A stretch of 64,000 nucleotides of DNA from the human T2T-CHM13v2.0 reference genome, Homo sapiens. Position 1 is the first letter of the stretch. Each line of letters begins with the position of its first letter. The notes beneath the pieces are model-generated. The model saw only the letters and a program-made list of their open reading frames with translations. It had not been told where the DNA came from and searched no databases. Below, one piece after another: positions 55,703-64,000 of this stretch. The translations under genes and the position numbers were made by a program. The stretch lies in assembly GCF_009914755.1 (NCBI RefSeq), contig NC_060932.1. One strand, 5' to 3'.

Positions 55703-56286
55703 CTAATGTATGGTTTTCTGCCACACCGTACTGTCCCACGTCATTTCATGCTCATTTATGACAAAAGATCATTTCTCAATCATTTCCTATGTTTTCTTCA
55801 CTTCCTAGAATATATTTAATCTTATATCTTAAGAAATAATTTAGTGTATTAAGAAAGTTATGGCCCCAGAAGTCAGGAATCCCTGTGACACTAGAAAAAT
55901 TATGGAAATTCTTTGGGCTTTGTTTCTCTCACTTATATTGATCAATATGCTAATGTCTGAGGCGCTTTTTGTACATGGATGTAAATACTCACTAACATTT
56001 ATAATTTATTTCACATGCAATTTATTAAGCTCATATATCTAAGAATTAAACTTTGAAAAAAATTCATGAATATTAAAATTACTGATTTAAATTTTGATCA
56101 ATTAAATTCTCTCAAATAATTGATTGCAACTTCCAATTTAGTATAACATTCTTTTAAATGCTGCACACAAATTAAACTGCAGGCAAAACACAAACAGAAT
56201 AATTATAAAATACTTTATTATACCTATATTCAAACCTATTCTAACTCTTCATTATAGTTTCAATGGATTTTCTTGTTAGCTTTATA

Positions 56287-56676
56287 CAGATGCTCCTCGA
56301 CTTACAATGGAATTATGTCCTGATAAACCCACTGTAGGTAGAAAATATTGTAAGTTAAAATGCATTTAATACATATAACCTACAAAACATCATAGCTTAG
56401 CCTAGCCTAGCTTAAATGTGCTGTAACACATTAGTCTACAGTTGGGCAAAATCATCTAACACAGTGCCTATTTTTATAACAGTGTTGCATATCTCATGCA
56501 ATTTATTGAGTACTGTACTGAAAGTGAAAACTAGAATGGTTGTAAGGGTACTTGAAGTACAGTTTCTACTGAATGGGTATTGCTTTTGCACCATTGTAAA
56601 GTAAAAAAGTCTTAAGTCAAACCATCGTAAAGTTGAAAAGTCCTAAATTGAAGCATTGTAAGTCAGGGGCTATCTG
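56287..56676. mobile_element. MER47A (TcMar-Tigger), full length
   Basis: TA|cagatgctcctcgacttacaatg ... cattgtaagtcaggggctatctg|TA inverted termini; internal catcatagcttagcctagcct. Confidence 0.88.
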
Positions 56677-57019
56677 TATTTTGTTTTATATTTTCTAAGG
56701 GTTATTTATTCATGTAGTTGGGGTATCTCTGGACCTTCATTAATAATAATTTGGAATATAGGAAAGCAGTAATCTTACCAGATGCCAAAGAAAAAGAATA
56801 TATTTGTGGACTATTTAAGATTTCAGTACTTAGGTTTTAGGTCAGTTGATCCTCAGTCAAGAGCACAAGAACGTCTGGCTTGCCCAAGGCCATTCAAATA
56901 TACGTCACCGACCAGTAGAGATAAACTTACGCTAATAAGGCTTTTTAGATGCACCCCTTCCATATTTGCAATTTGGTATTTCCCTACAAAATGATGTACA
57001 TATTTTTCTTTAATTTTTA

Positions 57020-59190
57020 TTTTATTGTATTTTTTCTCTATTAAACTTTATTGAGATGTAATTTATGTACAAAAATGCATCCATTTTAAGTGTACAGTTT
57101 AATGAATTTTCACAAATAAATACTACTTTATGTAAACAACAACACAACCAATACACACAATATTTCCATTATCACACAAATTTCCCTCGTGCCTTTTGCT
57201 GGTGAAACCCCCCCATGACCCCAGACCTGACCCCTGCAACCACTGATCTGAATTTTTACTTTTTTGGAGTTTTGAATAAGCAAGGTCATATAATATGTAT
57301 TCATTTCTATCTGTATTCTTTTGCTCAGCAAAATATTTTTGAGATTATTTCATGTTGTGTATATCAGTAACTTATTACTTTTTATTGCTGAGGCATAGTA
57401 GTAATAGTAGTTGTATTAATAACAGATACACGACTTGTTTATCTACTCACCAGTCGATGAACATCTGGGATGTTTGCAGTTTTGGGTGATTGCAAATAAA
57501 GGTGCTATGTACATTAGCATACAGACCTCTGGGTGAATATACATTTTCATATTTCTTTACCAAAGGGGTGAAATTTCTGGGTTCTATGGTTAAGCGTATA
57601 TTTAACATTTTAATAAACTACACAAATTTTTAAAGTGGTTTTACCATTTTATTTTCCCAACATCAGCATAAGAGGGTTCTAGTGGCTCCACGTTTGTGAA
57701 AACTTTGGCACTGTCAGTTTTTCTTTTTAAATTTCAACTATTCTACTTGGTGTTCAGTAGTTCCTCATTGTAACTTTAATCTACAATTCCCTGATAATTA
57801 ATGATGGTGACCACTTCTTCATATGATCATTGCCCATTCATGTATTTTTCCTGGTAAAGCGTCTATTTCATTTTTTGCCTATTGAAAAAGATGGTTTTTT
57901 TTTTCTGTTTTCTTATAGAGTTGTAAGAGTCTTAAGATATATTTTGGATATAAGGGCTTTTTCAGATACATATTGGGAATATTTGTGTGGGGAATATTTT
58001 CTCTCAGTCTGCTGTGTGCCTTTTCTTATTTGAAAAAAACAGAAGTTTTAATTATGCTGGGATTCAGTTTTATATCTTTAAATCCATTGACCTTTTCTTC
58101 TCCAGTATCTACTATGCTATTAGTTTCATCTAGTTTAATATTTAGTTTTATTATTTTATTTTTGACCTCTAGAAGTTCCATTTGGTTATTTTTATTATAT
58201 CTTCCACTTTTTTTCTTCTTACGCTCATCTTTTTCAATTACATCCTTGAGGATATGAAGAAACATATTTACAATAGCTGTTCTTAATGTCCTGTCTGCTG
58301 ATTCTATCATTGCTGCCATTATATGTCTGTTTCAACTGGCTGACATTTTTCCAGTTATGCATTACAATTTTCTGTTTTTTGGTATGTCTATTTTTTTAAT
58401 TGAACACAACGTGTACTGAATGTTGTAAATTTTATGTTTTTGATGGCTGAATTTTGTTATACTTAAAGAATGTTAGGTTTTCTTCTGTCAGAAAGTTAAG
58501 TTACTTGTAGATCGGTTGATTCTTTCAAGATTTGTTTAAAAGGTACTTTAGGGTACATCTAGAATTACTATTACTTCATGGCTAATTTATCCTCACTTCT
58601 GATGCACGAGCTTCTGAAAACTCTACAGATAGATTACCTCTTCTATTCACTGAGGTCTCTCTCCATTGGCTAGTGGAATCTCTAATGATTCTTGGCCCTA
58701 TGTGAGCTCCTGGAATTTTTTGACTTACAGCTGTTGAATAATATTTTTTTCCTTGAAAGCTGTTCCTTGCCCGGCCTCATGAAGTTTTACCCTACGCATG
58801 TGTAGACTGGTATTAAGCCGAGGACTCAAGTGTTATATGGACTTCTGCAATTCTTTTTCTGCATAGATTTCTCCTGTTAGGTAAGCTGCCCCACCAATTC
58901 TAATCACTTTGGCTTCCCTGAACTCTGAATCTGTCTCTACACCTTTGCAAGATTGTTGTGTTCTGTATGGATTTTCCTCCCTTGTGCCACAGTTTTAGAA
59001 ATTACTTGTAGGCAGAAAGCCTGGATGATGGTAGGGCTCATATTTGTTTTTACTTTTCCAGAGATTACAATCCATTATGCATGTTATCCAATAAGAGTTT
59101 TCTCTTATATTCCAGTTTTCTTGTTTCTTTTTGTAAATAGTGTGAAGGTAATTTCAGACTCTTTTACTTCCTCATGGATAGAAACAGAAG
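57020..59190 (-). mobile_element. Old L1M (L1MC/ME-type): 3' UTR/ORF2 end joined to ORF1/5' region
   Basis: tttattgagatgtaatttatgtacaaaaatgcatccattttaagtgtacagtt 3' end. ORF 58026-58319 (NNQMELLEVKNKI..LDETNSIVDTGEEKV) resembles the ORF1 coiled coil. Confidence 0.75.
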
Positions 59191-60079
59191 TCATGATGTA
59201 TATTTAATATCTCACTTGGCCTGTGTTGCATAACATATTGACTTTTGCGATATATTAACCTGGTCTATTTGCATTATTAAAAATGTATGTCATCAATATG
59301 TGTTTTATAGTGTTTAATTAAATTTCAAACATTTGTTCTTAGAGATGAGAAAATGAGTTTGCATAGTTAATAATCCTCTTTAAGAATGTAAGCCTTATTT
59401 ATAATTTTGGAACATATTTCAAGCTGCTTTTATACTTGGTTACTGTATATATTCTCTAGGAGTATTTGTCTCAACCTGTTCATTGTATTCATTTTTTTCG
59501 CCCTACAAAGAGAAATAGCACAGATTGAAACTTTATAAATAGACTTGTACTGAATAGAAGAAACAAAATATGCATATATGTCTGTACTCTAAACTTCCTA
59601 AAAAGAAGTAAAATTAAATATACCTTATTATATTCACCATTCTTTTATTTTTACACCTGCATTAAAAATACTTTATGTTTAAATTCATTTTTTGGGATAT
59701 CATTATGAACTAATGGGCTTTCACGGGTACAAACTGTTTCAATTAACCATAAAACTTTAATGCTTATTTGGGATGCTGAAATTTTCACAGGTTGGTGGTG
59801 CTAGACCCTCTAATTAGAATCTTTTATTCTTTAGGCAGTGTTCCATAATTACTTTTAAGCTCCACTCATTATTTCTTCTCCAGACTTGCCCAAATGTGTA
59901 ATATGGAGTGAATAAAAGCCTTCAGTGTTTTTCCTTTGTGAGTCTTTGAATATAATTTCGAGTGTTTCAAAGAGTTGATTATGCTCCCATTACTATTGCT
60001 GTAACTCGTGGTAACGTCTCCCGCCTTGCTATCCTCCACTCCTGTTTTCCATAATTGTGCTGGCTTATTCTCCATTTGA

Positions 60080-61345
60080 TGCTTATCCCCATGCCCGCTA
60101 ATTCATTTTCTATTTTTGCGTTTCCTGCTCAGCTCTCTGTGTGCTGGTGATATGGAAGGGGGGCAGGGAAGTCGTGGGAAAGGAAGGGCATGGTCCCCGG
60201 TGAGGGCTCCTCCCCGGCCTGTGCCCATGGACTTAGGTGAGGACAGGCACTCCTGCCTTTGTGCCCAAATGTTGCATTTCTCAAGACCCCATGCTGTGCC
60301 TATAAAAATCCCGAGACCCTAGCAGGCTGACATACAGGCAGCTGGATGTCGACAGGAGCACATCAGCAGAGGAACACATGGGCGGCTGGATGTCGAGAGG
60401 AACTCACCAGCATAGGAGCACACTGGCATGTTGGTAGGCCATCTACCAAGAAAATGACTTGGAGTTTGGCCAGGGCAGTCAGAGGAGAGCCCGGGCTGCT
60501 GAGTGGCCCGACTCCAGGGGAAAACCATCTCCCTTCTTGCTCCCCCATCTGCTGAGAGCTACTTCCACTCAATAAAACCTTGCACTCATTCTCCAAGACC
60601 ACGTGTGATCTGATTCTTCTGGTACACCAAGGCAAGAACCCCGGGATATAGAAAGCCCTCTGTCCTTGTGATAAGGCAAGGGTCTAATGGAGCTGACTCA
60701 CGCAAGCCACCTACGGACGGCTATATTAAAAGAGCACCCTGTAACACATGCCCACTGGGGCTTCATCTGTAAATATCCAACCCTAGACACTTATGTGGGG
60801 TCGGAATCCCACAGCCTGCCCATTTGTATGCTCCCCTAGAGGTATGAGCAGCGGGACACTGAAGAAGTGAGCCACACCCTCATTGCACGTCCTGCTAGGG
60901 GACAAGGGAACTTTTCTTGTTTCACTGGAGACTGATGTGTTTGGACTATATTAAGAGCTTTGTTGGTTCCCTGGTTTATGGTTTGACTTGGCCAATGGAA
61001 GACATCATCTGGAGATTGGGGTGTTTGGAGGGTTTGAGGAGAGAGGATTTGGGATACTTACACTCCTGCCCCTCCCTGTTTCAGTGTTGCAATTTGGTAG
61101 TGGTGGCATCTTTTGACACTAGAATTCCTGCAGAGAGTTTTCTTCTCTCTCCTTCTGTGCTCACCAGACTACGGTAACAGTATTTCCTCCCACTGTCCTT
61201 TCCTCGCAGGGTAATGACTTATCGCTATTGCTAGTCGCGGAGTGCCTCCACATCATTAATTCCCTTATTTTTATCAATGGTCATAAATTATATTTTGTTA
61301 AATCCTTTTGAGTAGAATTCCATTTCCTGCCTGGACACTAATGCA
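60080..61345 (+). mobile_element. LTR33-like ERVL LTR split by LTR1
   Basis: cagctctctgtgtgctgg|agactgatgtgtttggactata...ttggccaatggaagacatcatctggagatt reads through once LTR1 is removed. Confidence 0.6.
60148..60924 (+). mobile_element. LTR1-family ERV1 solo LTR (777 bp)
   Basis: TG...CA termini and 4-bp TSD ctgg (60144-60147, 60925-60928). cctataaaaa TATA near 60300, caataaaac near 60570, and a repeated gctggatgtcga unit. Confidence 0.9.
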
Positions 61346-62428
61346 GTGATTATTACAAAGTCCTCACGTTACTGTTGGCAAAGCTTGAGCTCTCAACTTA
61401 GAGCAGACAGGGCTCTTGTGTTGTTTAATAAGTGTTGATAAACCAAAATGTGGTGAGGATACGTGGTTCACCTTCTACTCTTGGAAATATTAGAGTTACA
61501 ATGAGTGTTACTCTGAAGGAGGATGGACTTTAATGCATCTAATATGCAGCTTCTTACCATCTATCTAATCACTCTGCTTCTGAAACAAGAAAATAAAAAT
61601 ACAGCAGGATATCTCAATTTCAGACTTTTGTGAACCTGAAGTTACTTTTATTACTTTTCCGCTCTTGACAGTGGTTTTTAATCTTAATTCTTCAGATAGG
61701 AAAGCGGAAAGTCACTAGGATCTCACAGGCTGAAGATAAAAGATAAAGGGTTGCTAAAATCAGAGTATCAGGACAATGCCATAAAATGTTTAATTGGCCT
61801 TATTTATAAAACAAGAAATAAAGCAAACTGCTTTTTTATATCTCTGTTTTTACCCCCCGTGTTGTCATGTCCACATTCAGATCCCTTCCGTAGAGGTGGA
61901 GGTGGCTTCTATCTTCTTTAACCTGGTTTGGTCATTCAGCTTCGGATGTGGTAGCTGTGACCTGTTGGCTCCTTTAGAAGTAGAGAATGTCATGTCTACT
62001 TCCACTCCAGGATTCCCATTACTGTTTCCTTCTCATCCCTTCACTTTGGTTCTGATCTGATTCATCCCAGAATGCATGAAGCCAGCACTGAGTCATTTTG
62101 GCTGTTTGTGTCTGAGAGTTGTTTACCAAAGTGAGTGACCAAATGTTCCCCTTCTTCTGGCTCCTGGGGAGTGACTGTGGGCTCTCTTCCAAGATTGTGG
62201 CTGGGGAAAGCCAGCTTAGTCCTCTGAGAGGGCACACAAGTTGATTCCTCTAAACTTTGTACAGTGTTTTGGTAGAGGATGAGATGTGTGGATGAAGTTC
62301 TTTTATAGGGTGGTGTTGGTGTCTCTTTATAAAGGCTCATCTCTAGCTTATTTTCTGTATTTTCTAAATATTTTAACCTCTAGCAGGTAGGAAAGCTGTG
62401 ACTATGGAATGTTACATTTCAAGCTTAT

Positions 62429-62875
62429 TGTGATGGTCTGCTACATTAATGGCCCCTGTTGATCCATGCCTTCTTGTATTTATGTTCTTGGCTGGTCTCT
62501 TCTCCTTCAAAGAGGCCTAGCTTGGTGACCCTTTTAAACCAATGGAATACAGTGAAGTGGTGCCATGCAAGTTCTGGGTTTAAGTCCTAAGAAAGCCGTA
62601 AATCTCCTGCTTTTGCTTTCTTGGGACCTCTGAGCTACCATGTAGAAATTCAGATTACATTACTGGAGAAAGCATGTGGGGAAGAAACATGGAGAAGCCA
62701 CATAAAAAAGAAGAGGCCTTGAGATGATACGGAGAGGGTGTGAGAGAGAATCCTAGCTATCCCAAAGTCTCCAGCTGAAGCCAGCCCCTAGCTAATTCAC
62801 CAACTGAATGCAATCACAAGAATGCCTGCTAGCTAGATGAGCAAAAGAACCACTCAGCTGAGCCTAGACTGTTAT
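62429..62875 (+). mobile_element. MaLR LTR (MLT1F/G-like)
   Basis: tgtgatgg...atggccc...ccatgccttcttgtatt, aaccaatggaatacagtgaagtg, aagaaccactcagctgagcc. Confidence 0.7.
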
Positions 62876-63264
62876 GTGTAAACATTCAACATGCTACTAA
62901 ATGCACAAGGGTGACAGAATGGAAACACTCACATACTACAACTTGTATCCATATGATCTAGAGCACATGCCCCTACAGACTGCTCCCTAGCTGAGCTCAT
63001 TTCTCCCCTACTACCCAGTGGGCAAGTTTAAGCATGTCCCAAAGTCCAGATGCAAGGCCAGAGGCCCAGAGAGAGACCAGGGTACCCACTTTTACTTAAG
63101 GTTCCCCTTATGAGTTCTAGTTTCCTAGTTGAGCAGTTTACCCTCTGACTTCAATATTTACCATACTAAAGACAAAAAAGACTCTCTATATTAATTCAAA
63201 TCTAAGGGATGGAGTGAGGTCACATTTTGTTTCACCATCACCAGTGGTTGCCCCTCTTCTTCAG

Positions 63265-63692
63265 AGCAGGTAGTCGTTCCTAAAGATGACAGTGCATGAG
63301 ATCTTCACAAAACCCTGGGCAAGTTCTTTGTTGGCACAGTCATTAGTGCTGTTTGCTAAGGATTCTCGTTCTTCCATTTCTGGGCATAATCAAGGCTTGC
63401 ACCCTCTTGTGGTCAGGTGGCCCACACACTGGAATGGAAGTGATGTGTGTTACTTCTGGGCTGGATCTTTTTAACGGAGATGTGAGACTATCCAAAGCTC
63501 TCTTGCTTTCTGCCAGAGTTGGCATTGGTGGCCACTTCATCAGTCAAGTTCCTGGGGTCAGGTGATATGGAGCAAAGCTTTCTTGCCAACTCTTAGTAGA
63601 TGATGCAACATGAGCAAGAGTAATGTTTTGAACCACTGATGCTTTGGTGTTTTGGTAATCGGAGCATAACCCAGCCTATCCTGATTGACCCA
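63265..63692 (+). mobile_element. MaLR LTR (MLT1I/J-like)
   Basis: ggaagtgatgtgtgttacttctgggc, aacatgagcaag, gcataacccagcctatcctgattga. Confidence 0.7.
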
Positions 63693-63781
63693 TTTGCTGA
63701 CATAAGAGAAAGCTCTTGCTATAGAAACCCTACTCTACCTTTATCTCTCATGTTTGTCTTCGTGATTAGAGCTTTCCTTAA

Positions 63782-64000
<219 letters not shown>

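Noticed and set aside
56597-56658. 31-bp internal tandem duplication near the end of MER47A
   Set aside because: Small diverged slippage in a subterminal repeat region; may be partly in the consensus.

Overview
Primate, most likely human, non-coding DNA (intergenic or deep intronic). It is dominated by interspersed repeats. I count 8 Alus, a 3.8-kb 5'-truncated L1PA3-like element with an 18-bp TSD, several older L1 pieces and about 20 LTRs or LTR fragments (MaLR, ERVL, ERV1, including MER41A, MER51 and LTR1 types). There are also DNA-transposon relics (MER33, MER20, Tigger2a, MER47A) and many MIR, L2 and CR1 fragments. I found no host protein-coding exon, RNA gene or CpG island; the only real protein homology is retroelement-derived (L1 ORF2/ORF1, CR1 RT). 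I cannot support a new gene system here. The most notable signals are retrotransposition and mutation fossils. (1) An apparent two-step L1PB 3' transduction sits inside an MLT2 LTR. (2) A ~270-bp local duplication spans an LTR/L2 junction. (3) There are two 5'-inverted (twin-primed) L1s, one only ~140 bp long. (4) A (TA)20 microsatellite arose inside one copy of an Alu TSD. (5) There are several palindromic structures. Family and subfamily names come from my recollection of consensus sequences, not from a database search, and boundaries of old elements are approximate.
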